This document shows positions 1-9,083 of a stretch of 64,000 nucleotides of DNA, piece after piece. Origin of the DNA: Candidatus Zhuqueibacterota bacterium (GTDB lineage: Bacteria > Zhuqueibacterota > Zhuqueibacteria > Thermofontimicrobiales > Thermofontimicrobiaceae). The stretch spans positions 1 through 64,000 of the forward strand of contig JBMOPW010000019.1 of the NCBI GenBank assembly GCA_049322915.1. The letters run 5' to 3'. Each line of letters begins with the position of its first letter. The stretch's first letter is position 1. The translations under genes and the position numbers were made by a program. A model generated the notes under the pieces. It saw only the letters and a list, made by a program, of their open reading frames with translations. It searched no databases and had not been told where the DNA came from.

Positions 1-15
1 CTTTTGAGATGATTA

Positions 16-170
16 TAACACCACAATGAATTGTGGTGTTAGTTCAACTCCCCTTTGAATCAACACCATGATTCCCAGTATTGTCTCCTTAAAAAATATG
101 GAAGACTGGGCAATGCATCATGGTGTTTACAGTGTTAATGAAACATGTCCGAAGCCGTTTCAACGGCTTC
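16..170. repeat. Cluster of three REP-like palindromes
   Basis: taacaccacaat-ga-attgtggtgtta (16-41); aacaccatgat...atcatggtgtt (62-127) with inner cccagt/actggg; gaagccgtt-tc-aacggcttc (151-170). Confidence 0.6.
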
Positions 171-305
171 TCTATACATCCCGTGATCGGTTACTTCTTA
201 TTCAATTTCTTTTAAAACCAAATTCTGTTTTTCAGAATCGGCAAATTTAGAAATTTATTTTTCTTTGAGCCGTGGTGGCTGATATGTTACCATAAAATAA
301 TCAAA

Positions 306-413
306 TTAACCCTACAACGTCATTTAGTAAATTTATCACAATATGTTGAGTTTTTCATCTATCAAAAATACAATATACAACGATAAAAAATCTATGTGAT
401 GTAGTAGGGTTAA
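306..413. mobile_element. 100-bp MITE (310-409) flanked by TTAA, copy 1
   Basis: TTAA|CCCTAC...GTAGGG|TTAA; imperfect terminal inverted repeats (TIRs, 14/18); 89/100 ungapped identity to 12620-12719. Confidence 0.85.
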
Positions 414-566
414 ATGCCCGGGAAATACAGATTCGAAAAGCCCCGACGATCGCTCCAATACTCCGCCCAGAAATGTGAATCATCCCGCTGTGCCTCTGCG
501 CCCTGCCCGCCTGTCCTGTTACATTCACAGCTCTTTTTTTCAGTCCCTCACACAGGGGAATCGTTG

Positions 567-1490
567 TTAATGCAGTTCGAATACAAAAATTGTATCGTCA
601 TCCAGGACATAGAAACGATTGTCAAAAGCAGCGACATCCACCGGATTCCGAAATGCGCCGAGGCGCTCCGAGATTTTTGACCAGGCAAAAACAGGATTGC
701 CATTCGCATCGAACAGGGCAACTCTCGCATTGCCGCGGTCCGCCACAGCGATGACCTGCATGCCACAGTAACAGATGCCCTGCGGATCGTTCAAAGACAG
801 CGCCCCGATCTCGGAAAGGTAATTTCCGAAATAATCGAAGACGATGATTTTATTTTGAGCGGCATCGGAGACAAAAATTTTATCATCCGGGCTGATTGCC
901 AGTTGAATCGGATTGAGCAGTCGTCCCCGACCTTCGCCATAATCGCCAAAGCTAATTTCCGGCTCGCCGAATGAATTCAATTTCAACAGGCGATTATTCT
1001 CACCATCCAGCACCAGCAGGTCGCCATGGATGGAATTCACCACACTTTTCGGATAGCCAAACTGCAGCGTCGCATCCAGGCTTTCATCGGACGCGAGGGT
1101 GGAAATGTAGTTGAGGTCTTTGTCATACCGCTGAATTCGATTGTTGTTGTAGTCAGCGACGAACACATCCAGCGCTGAACTGGCGTAGATATCGAGGGGC
1201 GTGTAAAACATATCCTTTTCCCAGCCAAACCCGCCGATGCACTTGAGCGCATTGCCATTGCCATCGAACGTGAGAATGCGGTGGTTCTCCGTGTCGCAGA
1301 CGTACAGCATTCCGGACAGGTCCACGGAAATGCCGCGCGGCCGATTGAATGTGGTTTGACTGGAGTCTCCATCAGGGAGTTGAAACAGGTAAATCGCCTG
1401 GGAAAATTTCGCAGGCTGCGCCGTTCCCGGGGACGCGGACAGAATCGCTACAAGCAATGGGAACAGGTATCGCTTAAAAAAAGCCATCAT
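567..1490 (-). CDS. Secreted NHL-repeat beta-propeller protein
   Basis: Signal peptide; repeats such as FNRPRGISVD..LYVCDTENHRI, LLNPIQLAIS..IFVSDAAQNKI and LNDPQGI..VADRGNARV. Confidence 0.9.
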   Translation of the reverse strand: MMAFFKRYLFPLLVAILSASPGTAQPAKFSQAIYLFQLPDGDSSQTTFNRPRGISVDLSGMLYVCDTENHRILTFDGNGNALKCIGGFGWEKDMFYTPLDIYASSALDVFVADYNNNRIQRYDKDLNYISTLASDESLDATLQFGYPKSVVNSIHGDLLVLDGENNRLLKLNSFGEPEISFGDYGEGRGRLLNPIQLAISPDDKIFVSDAAQNKIIVFDYFGNYLSEIGALSLNDPQGICYCGMQVIAVADRGNARVALFDANGNPVFAWSKISERLGAFRNPVDVAAFDNRFYVLDDDTIFVFELH

Positions 1491-2147
1491 TCCATCACCT
1501 CGTCATTCTGAGAATTGATGTTTGACTGAAACGCAGATTTATTCATTGTCTTCACATGAAAGACGCTCATCGGATCATCAAGAAAATCCAGGACCGCGCT
1601 GCAACATCAGGCGCTATTCAAATTCAACGCAGGGAAACATCTGAATCCGGCCGGGCGGATGAATTAACACGGCCGGCGATAATCATTAAATCATTCTTCC
1701 AGCAATATGTTTCCCAACTGAGCGGCGAATAGGGCAAACTGTTTCACTGATGCGCCAGGCTTGCATACCGATCGTTCTGGCTATTCATCCCGAACGGTAC
1801 GCCTGTTCGATGAAATACGTCCCAACAAATGCTAGCGCGATCATGTGGCTGAACAGCTACTTTTTTTTTCATACAAAATACTTTTTCTCAATAAAATAAG
1901 CAACAGTTTTATCAACCGAACCAATTACGATATTGCAAAAATTGCATCATCGCTGGTGAGCAGGCAGGAACAAAAATCACCGCACTCATGTGTTAATCCT
2001 GTGGTAGCTCGATTCATCACTCTGGTGATGATGCACCGTCCCGACAGGTGGACCTGCGCATCAGGAATTTTTCTTGGAATTCATGATTTTATAATGTATA
2101 TTCAGGCATCTAACGCCAACCGATTATAAAATAATTGAAGAACAGAA

Positions 2148-3035
2148 TTGAATTCGAATCAAACAAAAATTGGTCGTAACGATCCCTGTCCCTGCGGCAG
2201 TGGATTAAAATATAAAAATTGCTGCTTCCCGAAAACCGTCTCGCCCACAGTTGATATCAAAGCGAGGTACCTGAAACAGTATAAAATCCGTCTCAAGGAT
2301 GAGGCTGACATTGAGGGCATTCGCAAAGCCGGCAAACTTGTCATTGATACACTGGATATGGTCGAAGAGCGTCTTCGGCCGGGCATCACCAGTAACGACA
2401 TTAATACATGGGTACACGAATTCACCCTGCAGCACAAGGCCATTCCTGCACCTTTGAACTACCGCGGCTTTCCCAAAAGCGTCTGTGTTTCCATCAATGA
2501 GGTCGTGGTGCATGGCATCCCTGGCCAGCGCGTCATTCAGGACGGGGATATCGTGAACGTCGATGTCACTCCTATTTTGAATGGGTATTATGCGGATGCC
2601 AATAAGACTTTTTTTGTGGGAACGCCCGGACCTGACGCTGTTCGCATTGTCACTGTCGCCAGGGAATGCCTGAGGATCGGGGTGAACCAGGTCAAACCGG
2701 GAAATACGATTGGCGATATTGGCTGGGCGATTCAGCAATACGCCGAGGGACAGGGATGCTCCGTCGTGCGCGAATTTGTGGGACATGGCGTTGGTTTCGA
2801 TTTTCACGAAAATCCCCAGGTGCCTCACTACGGTCGACCGCGGACAGGCGTCACCATGGCGCCTGGCATGGTGTTCACCGTTGAGCCGATGATCAACCTC
2901 GGCAAACGCGATATTGTAATTTTGAAAGATGGCTGGACAGCGGTGACTCAGGATGGCTCTCTATCCGCACAATTTGAGCAAACAGTGCTCGTCACCGAAG
3001 ACGGTTATGAAAGCCTGACGCCGTATGCTATTTGA
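2148..3035 (+). CDS. map: Type I methionine aminopeptidase with N-terminal SEC-C zinc motif
   Basis: [65 protein letters not shown] start. Confidence 0.95.
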   Translation: MNSNQTKIGRNDPCPCGSGLKYKNCCFPKTVSPTVDIKARYLKQYKIRLKDEADIEGIRKAGKLVIDTLDMVEERLRPGITSNDINTWVHEFTLQHKAIPAPLNYRGFPKSVCVSINEVVVHGIPGQRVIQDGDIVNVDVTPILNGYYADANKTFFVGTPGPDAVRIVTVARECLRIGVNQVKPGNTIGDIGWAIQQYAEGQGCSVVREFVGHGVGFDFHENPQVPHYGRPRTGVTMAPGMVFTVEPMINLGKRDIVILKDGWTAVTQDGSLSAQFEQTVLVTEDGYESLTPYAI

Positions 3036-3117
3036 TCACGAGCGCCTCGGGCGTTCAGCAGCCGCGAGATGAATCCGATAGCCAACCACTGTTGCAACGA
3101 TTTAAGTGGGTAATAAA

Positions 3118-4083
3118 ATGAAATTTTCACCTTCAGTCTACGAACATGCCGCCAAATTGATCGATCGCTCTCCCTGGGAAGTCTCCCGCAATAGCGAACT
3201 GCTGTTCCAGGCCCACGCGGAAGCATTTCGCAGGTACCGGCATTCGCCGGTCGTTGTCGGCATTGATATTTACAGCCTTGAGCCGGAAGCGTACGGCGCG
3301 TCCATCACCAGACCCGCTGATAATAATCTGCCTGCCATTCAAGCGCTGATATGCGCCAGCGCCGATGATATCTGCCGTCTGAAGGAATTCGATCCGTCAG
3401 TGGACGGACGTCTTCCCATGGTCATTGAGACCGGGAAAAAACTTGCAGCGGCAATCCCGGAGGCCGATGTTAAAATTCCAGTGAGCGGGCCATTTTCCAT
3501 CGCGAGCAACTTGATGGGCGTCGAGCGGCTACTGATGGAAACGTTCCTGAATCCCGACGCTGTGAAAGAGGCGCTGGATTTCATCGTCGCCGGGCAGTTG
3601 CGCTTCTGCCGGGAAATTCTTGCCAGCGATCTGGATATCGCATTTTTTGAGTCCTCCGCCACTCCACCGTTGATTTCTCCCCGGATGTTCCAGGATGTTG
3701 AATTACCGGCGCTGAAATCCATGCTCGAAGAGACCGAAAGGATGATCGGACATCCAATGGCCTGCATCATTGGCGGAGATACAGCCCCTGTCCTCGATTT
3801 CATTTTGGAAACAGGCTCGAAGTACGTCATCTGCCCTTCTGAGACGAATCAACCAACATTCATGCAAAAAATGGAAAATCATCCGGAGGTGGTGGTGCGA
3901 ATCAATATGGATCCGGGGATACTCGTATCCGGTAATTTGAGACAGATTCATCAGGAAGTCGATCGGGTCATGTCGCTGGCTGCGGGGAGGGAAAATGTCT
4001 GTATCGGCACAGGCGTTCTGCCGTACGAAACCGATCCGAACATCGTCGATGAAATCAAAAAATACATCCAAACGAATTCATGA
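3118..4083 (+). CDS. Uroporphyrinogen decarboxylase / MtaA-CmuA family protein
   Basis: D.YSLEPEAYGA, DGRLPMVIE, VSGPFSIA, LISPRMF, NMDP, GTGVLPYETDP; ATG at 3118 preferred to GTG at 3106. Confidence 0.8.
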   Translation: MKFSPSVYEHAAKLIDRSPWEVSRNSELLFQAHAEAFRRYRHSPVVVGIDIYSLEPEAYGASITRPADNNLPAIQALICASADDICRLKEFDPSVDGRLPMVIETGKKLAAAIPEADVKIPVSGPFSIASNLMGVERLLMETFLNPDAVKEALDFIVAGQLRFCREILASDLDIAFFESSATPPLISPRMFQDVELPALKSMLEETERMIGHPMACIIGGDTAPVLDFILETGSKYVICPSETNQPTFMQKMENHPEVVVRINMDPGILVSGNLRQIHQEVDRVMSLAAGRENVCIGTGVLPYETDPNIVDEIKKYIQTNS

Positions 4084-4220
4084 TGACCTCTCCCTGACCG
4101 GAATTCCATTTCGGCGACATGTCTTACTGGAGTCAGGAACCATGCCCTGCGCCTTGTTGCAAAATTACTACATTTCTATTTTGCGGGAGTTCAACATTCG
4201 CACTATCAGGCTGGACTTTT

Positions 4221-4265
4221 AAAAAAAGAGCAGCATACCCATACGAGGAGGGTTAGATATGCTGC
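4221..4265 (-). terminator. Intrinsic terminator of the small peptide gene
   Basis: Stem gcagcata (4230-4237)/tatgctgc (4258-4265), followed on the minus strand by a 7-T run (4221-4227). Confidence 0.6.
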
Positions 4266-4313
4266 CCTTATCTAAGGAAGGTGCTTTCTTTCAAATTTTA
4301 AAGCTGAAGGATT

Positions 4314-4520
4314 TTACACCAAATTCACAGAATTACAACTGCCAGGCGGAGGTGGTGGCGGAGGATTTGGTGGCAACGGAGTTGGATCGCCATTTTCGCC
4401 CCCGTTAGCGAACTGGCCCGTTATCCCTTCTTCAGATAAACTCACGGTATTATCAGTTACCAGAAAACTCGCTATCAACAAAGCAACCAGACAGAAAGTC
4501 ATCATCATGATTATTTTCAT
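4314..4520 (-). CDS. Small secreted Pro-rich peptide (68 aa)
   Basis: GGAGG 5 nt before the ATG at 4520; hydrophobic N-terminus; GGENGDPTPLPPNPPPPPPPG tail; own promoter-like and terminator elements. Confidence 0.7.
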   Translation of the reverse strand: MKIIMMMTFCLVALLIASFLVTDNTVSLSEEGITGQFANGGENGDPTPLPPNPPPPPPPGSCNSVNLV

Positions 4521-4592
4521 CCTGCCCTCCAACAAATGGACCTTGACCTGAACAAAGTAAATTAGACAGCTTTGTTCTATCCTTATACAATT

Positions 4593-4716
4593 ATTATACC
4601 ATCAATACTCCATTTCGATATCTCTCTATTTAACAAAGTATTGACAAGAGATCATACTCTGCCATCCGTCCGAAATTGTTGCATGATTGCAACATCCTAG
4701 AAATTTCATGTTGCAA
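4593..4716 (-). promoter_or_regulatory. Extended -10 promoter and upstream 9-bp inverted repeat (candidate operator)
   Basis: TGgTATAAT on the minus strand at 4601-4593; perfect inverted repeat (IR) ttgcaacat-N12-atgttgcaa at 4687-4716. Confidence 0.5.
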
Positions 4717-4829
4717 AACTACCACAGTCCCGGCAGAATGAGTGGAGTTTAACATCAGAAAATTTTCAACGGATGAGCATTCGATTTTTGGAATGAAAAT
4801 GATCGCTGGCTATTTTTAAAAAGGTAGCA

Positions 4830-5837
4830 CTAATTCGGCTTTGCCAGCGACTTCAGCTTCTGTAACTGAGAGTTGTTTCCCAGGGCATACAACACATCGC
4901 CCGGGTTCAATGCGGTATCGCCTGCCGGATTTATGATGGTCTTCTTGTGGCCTTTTTTTATCCCGATGACATAGGCGCCGCCGGTATCGGCTTTTATATT
5001 CGACTGGCTCAATAACTTTGATTCCAGCACGGTACCTTTTTCCAACACGATCTCTTCGATCTTCAATTCCAATTCCGCGCTTTGCACAAGCACTTCCAAA
5101 AAATCAACGAGACCAGGAGTGAGCAACAGCCGCGCCATTCGTCTCCCGGCAATCGAGTACGGAGAGACAACCTTGTCAGCGCCGGCGCGAAGCAGTTTAC
5201 TACTGCTCACTTTATCGATAGCTCTGGCAACGATTCTTAAATTCGGATTCATTTCGCGGGCAGTCAGAACAACGTACACATTGTCGGCGTCATTGGAGAG
5301 CGCAGCGATTAAACCATCGGCGCATCGGACGCCGGCATTCTCCAGAACCATGTCTTCGGTGGCATCCCCGTACATAGCAAGTTGATTCTGTTCCCGCAAT
5401 TCCTGCACCTTATGTTCATCGATTTCGACAATCACATACTCTTTATTCATACCGATGAGTTCATCGATTGTCTCCTGGCCGGCTTTGCCATAACCGCAGA
5501 CGATGATATGGTTTTTCAACCTGGCGATTTTCTTTTCCATTTTTCTTCCCTTAAAAATATCACGAATCTGCCCCTCGATCAGAAACGCGGAGAGGTTTGC
5601 AATGGCATAGCTACCGACGCCGATTCCGCCCATGATTAAGAAGATTGTAAAAATCCTGCCTCTCTCATCCAAATGGTGAACTTCATGAAAACCCACTGTT
5701 CCGATGGTGATGATAGTCATATAAACGGCATCCAGCAAATCCCATTTAAAAATGAAGCTGTAGCCAATGATGCCAATGACAATGATGAAAGCCAGTAGAA
5801 TGACAGCAAGAAAAATAGGTTGCGTCACAATTTTCAT
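4830..5837 (-). CDS. Two-TM potassium channel protein with RCK (TrkA-N/TrkA-C) domains
   Basis: Pore DAVYMTIITIGTVGF; HIIVCGYGKAG; GDATED; AGADKVVSPY; C-terminal INPAGD. Confidence 0.92.
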   Translation of the reverse strand: MKIVTQPIFLAVILLAFIIVIGIIGYSFIFKWDLLDAVYMTIITIGTVGFHEVHHLDERGRIFTIFLIMGGIGVGSYAIANLSAFLIEGQIRDIFKGRKMEKKIARLKNHIIVCGYGKAGQETIDELIGMNKEYVIVEIDEHKVQELREQNQLAMYGDATEDMVLENAGVRCADGLIAALSNDADNVYVVLTAREMNPNLRIVARAIDKVSSSKLLRAGADKVVSPYSIAGRRMARLLLTPGLVDFLEVLVQSAELELKIEEIVLEKGTVLESKLLSQSNIKADTGGAYVIGIKKGHKKTIINPAGDTALNPGDVLYALGNNSQLQKLKSLAKPN

Positions 5838-5999
5838 CCAACTGTCCTATTTAGTGAATAAGCCAATGATATAAAACTATTCTTCAATTGTCAAGATTTT
5901 TCTGAACAGGTCAATAAATGTTTTGACTTTGTGCCATTTTTTTTGTATTTTCCGAACAGAAAAACTGATAACAATTTCCTGCAACTGTGCGGAGGTAAA

Positions 6000-6503
6000 A
6001 TGCAAACCATGCAACTCATCTTGTTTGGGGTCGTTCTTCTTTCACTGCTCTTCTTCGGCTGCTCCTCGAAAAATCCCATGCAAAATCTGATTCAGTTCAA
6101 CACTGAATTTTTTGCAAAATATTTGCCCGAGTATCCACAAGCAAGATTGATGACCAAAGCGGATATTCCTGAGCATCAGTTGGAGTTCTTCGACGAGGCC
6201 GACGGTAAATTACAAATGCTGTTGGACCTGAATAAAAACGATGTACCCGAATACATCATCTGCGGAGTTTCTGAAGCGATGCTGCAACGCCAGGAAAAAG
6301 GCCCTTACTTCGTGGCTATTTTCGAACAGAGCAAAAATGGCATCAACAGACTATACCTGCAGAAACTGATTGTACCTCCGGTGACACTGGATGCTGCGCA
6401 GACGAAAAATCGCAGCGGCGTGGTCATTTCATTCGCCTTCTACAGCGATTACGCCGCCGAGATTTATTACGCGGACAATACCTACCAGATTGAAAACTGG
6501 TGA
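6000..6503 (+). CDS. Hypothetical lipoprotein
   Basis: GGAGG at 5991 before the ATG at 6000; lipobox LFFGC; DLNKNDVPE Ca-loop-like motif. Confidence 0.75.
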   Translation: MQTMQLILFGVVLLSLLFFGCSSKNPMQNLIQFNTEFFAKYLPEYPQARLMTKADIPEHQLEFFDEADGKLQMLLDLNKNDVPEYIICGVSEAMLQRQEKGPYFVAIFEQSKNGINRLYLQKLIVPPVTLDAAQTKNRSGVVISFAFYSDYAAEIYYADNTYQIENW

Positions 6504-6694
6504 TGTCGCTGATAGCATCTACTTGAAAAAGCATGAAATGGCTTTGGGCAGAACCGGACTCTTTCGCTTTGTCAGTCAATTGAACAAACTTCTGACCAAT
6601 CCTATCCTGGTCAGCGCACAGAGGAAATGGAAATTGATCTGAAAATAAAAAGGCCTCAGCCATTTTTAGACTGAAGCCATTTATTACAAATATC

Positions 6695-6739
6695 AAAAAA
6701 GGTTGTAAAATTAGCTCACCGAATTTTACAACCTTTTTT
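6695..6739. terminator. Bidirectional terminator between convergent genes
   Basis: Perfect 18-bp IR aaaaaaggttgtaaaatt/aattttacaacctttttt. Confidence 0.75.
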
Positions 6740-6869
6740 ATTTTGAGAAATGAAATTTCCAATCGGGTTTTTTTACATTCACTTACTACAATGAAATAGA
6801 CGAACTGGCTCAAACGAAGCTGACCGACACATCCGACATCCAATTGGGAAAGCAAGGAAAAATGTTCGG

Positions 6870-8438
6870 CTAATTTTCTTCGACAAGGGCGGGGCGTCCC
6901 GGCATATTGGCTATTTTCCAGGCGCAGCCAAATGTCATTCTGGCTATCTTCGCCATTTTCTCCGGCTCTATTTTATCCACTGTATCCGTTGGTTTGTGGT
7001 AATCTTCGTGGAGGCCGGTGATGAAAAACAGGTAAGGCACCTTCTCGCGATGGAACGACATGTGATCGCTTCCTCCGGACATTCGCCGGTCATCTTTGAA
7101 ATCGTAGTGGATGTTCACAATTTTATTCACTTCCAAAAAGATGTTCGCCAGATCCGGGCTGCGTTTGCTGCCGTAAACTTCCACGGCGCTAGTGTCATTG
7201 CGACCGATCATGTCCAGATTCAGCATGGCGACTGTTTTATCAATGGGCAGCAGCGGGTCTGTACTGGCATAGTAGCGCGAGCCGAACAACCCCTTTTCCT
7301 CACCGGCAAATGCCATGAACAGAATGGAACGTTTGGGTCGTTCCGGACAGCTTGTGAACGCTTTGGCCGCGCCCATCACGCCGGCGGTTCCAGATGCATT
7401 ATCGTCCGCGCCGTAGTAAATGACCGTATCGCTCGTCGCTCCGAGGTGATCGTAATGCCCGCCCACAACCACGATTTCCTTTTTCAATTCCGGATCAGCG
7501 CCTTCCCAGAACCCTACCACGTTCTGCGTCATGGTTTTATCGCCGGCCAATTGCGTGGAAATTGTGGCAAGGACGCCGGGCAATTCCATCGATTGCGGCT
7601 TGAGCGACTCATCAATTCGCATGTGCACCTCTTCCATCGTCTTTCCAGACGTCGATAGCAGATCCTCACCCAGTTTTTTTCCGATGCGAACTACGACGAT
7701 TTTATTTTCCTCTTTTTCACCCAGTGTGAGCGGAATGGCATCTTCAGGGGCGTTTTTCATCAATGACGGCCACGTGTTCGGAGGTCGGCGGAATCGATGA
7801 GCCGGGTCCGTCACATAAATGAAACCCACTGCGCCGTGATCAATGGCGTTCATGACTTTATTAATTAACTTGCTGTGATCGGTCATTTTTTTGCCACTGA
7901 AAACGCTGGTGCTGTCATTTTCCTGAGGCTCATGGGTGAATGCCAGGACAATTTTCCCTTTTACATTTACCTTTGCATAATCATCGTAATTATGCTCGTT
8001 CGCGGTGATACCGTATCCCACAAAGACAACCGGCGCCGTGACTTCCCGATTTGCAGTGAGATGAAGGGGGACGAAATCCTCTTTGATCTCATAAACCGTG
8101 GTCTCGCCATTGATTTGCAGTGTTAAACTCTGATCGCCCTCAAGTCGTGTTTTCAGGAGTGGGAAATACTGAAAATAACCATCCGCGTTGGGCACTTCAG
8201 CCAGACCTATCTGTTTGAAATACCGTGCAATGAACGCCGCGCTGCTGTCCAGTTCCGGACTGGGGGTATTGCGTCCCCGCATCTCGTCGGATGCAAGGAA
8301 CGTCACATGGGACAGAAGTTCATCCGCTTTTATCGCATCCAGCCCTTGCTGCGGAATATCCGTCTGCGCCAGGCTACTCGACGCAATAAAGAGCAACACA
8401 AACAAAAATCGGGTGAACACGCTATTCAGTTTTTCCAT
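6870..8438 (-). CDS. Secreted M28 family peptidase with PA domain
   Basis: Signal peptide; LASDEMRGR, PA domain VFVGYGI..DDY..KGKIVL, GGHYDH, GADDNASG, GEEKGL.GS, NLDMIG, SDH, YHKPTD. Confidence 0.95.
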   Translation of the reverse strand: MEKLNSVFTRFLFVLLFIASSSLAQTDIPQQGLDAIKADELLSHVTFLASDEMRGRNTPSPELDSSAAFIARYFKQIGLAEVPNADGYFQYFPLLKTRLEGDQSLTLQINGETTVYEIKEDFVPLHLTANREVTAPVVFVGYGITANEHNYDDYAKVNVKGKIVLAFTHEPQENDSTSVFSGKKMTDHSKLINKVMNAIDHGAVGFIYVTDPAHRFRRPPNTWPSLMKNAPEDAIPLTLGEKEENKIVVVRIGKKLGEDLLSTSGKTMEEVHMRIDESLKPQSMELPGVLATISTQLAGDKTMTQNVVGFWEGADPELKKEIVVVGGHYDHLGATSDTVIYYGADDNASGTAGVMGAAKAFTSCPERPKRSILFMAFAGEEKGLFGSRYYASTDPLLPIDKTVAMLNLDMIGRNDTSAVEVYGSKRSPDLANIFLEVNKIVNIHYDFKDDRRMSGGSDHMSFHREKVPYLFFITGLHEDYHKPTDTVDKIEPEKMAKIARMTFGCAWKIANMPGRPALVEEN

Positions 8439-8464
8439 GTCGCTACCTTTCTGAAATATTACTG

Positions 8465-9025
8465 TTAAGCTCTTTGATTAAATTTATGGTGGATGAAGGA
8501 CAGAATCTCGCTCAAATGGGCTATCTCAATATCATGATAAGGATACCCCCCGATTTCAATGGGCTGCCGGCGATTGTTGTACCAGACAGTCCATAATCCG
8601 ATCTGTTTGGCTGCAACAATATCGTTCGTATAATCGTCGCCGATGAAAATCGCCCGTTCCGGTTCCACCTCGATTTTTTTCAGGGCGTTGAAAAAAAAGT
8701 CCGGCGCAGGCTTGAATGCTTTCAATTCGTGGGGCGTCAATACTTCATCGAAATAATGTTCCAGTTCCACGCGGGCAAGAGCCTCCCGAACCAACCGTTG
8801 ATCCGAATCGCTTGCATTGGTGCACAGCGCCAATTGATACATCCCGTGCAATGCAGAGAGGACATTATTGATCTCCGCTTCGCACTGTACCAGGGGCCAA
8901 AATGCCATAGGGCCCGGCTGATCAGGAAATACCCTCATGATGGTATTACCCCAATCGAAAATAATGGCATGAAGCTCCGGCCGATAGTTTTTCATATATT
9001 CTGAAATATCTACCATGTTGAACAA
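8465..9025 (-). CDS. HAD-superfamily hydrolase
   Basis: IFDWGNT, LCTNA, KPAPDFF, FIGDD..NDIVAA; exact start uncertain. Confidence 0.9.
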   Translation of the reverse strand: MFNMVDISEYMKNYRPELHAIIFDWGNTIMRVFPDQPGPMAFWPLVQCEAEINNVLSALHGMYQLALCTNASDSDQRLVREALARVELEHYFDEVLTPHELKAFKPAPDFFFNALKKIEVEPERAIFIGDDYTNDIVAAKQIGLWTVWYNNRRQPIEIGGYPYHDIEIAHLSEILSFIHHKFNQRA

Positions 9026-9083
9026 TCCAACCTGTCATTTTCTTTCGATGCAATAAAAATAAAATGCCCTCTCCGCCTGCTCA

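Noticed and set aside
68..250. 60-aa ORF
   Set aside because: It runs through palindromic repeats, has no RBS and has no protein-like features.
1500..2140. Long intergenic region, including ORF 1845-2129, as a gene or ncRNA
   Set aside because: No recognisable motifs, RBS or RNA family signature; more likely a divergent promoter region.
3118..4083. Calling this gene hemE or part of a methyltransferase system
   Set aside because: It lacks the HemE N-terminal RQAGR motif and has no corrinoid-protein neighbours, so only a family-level call is supported.
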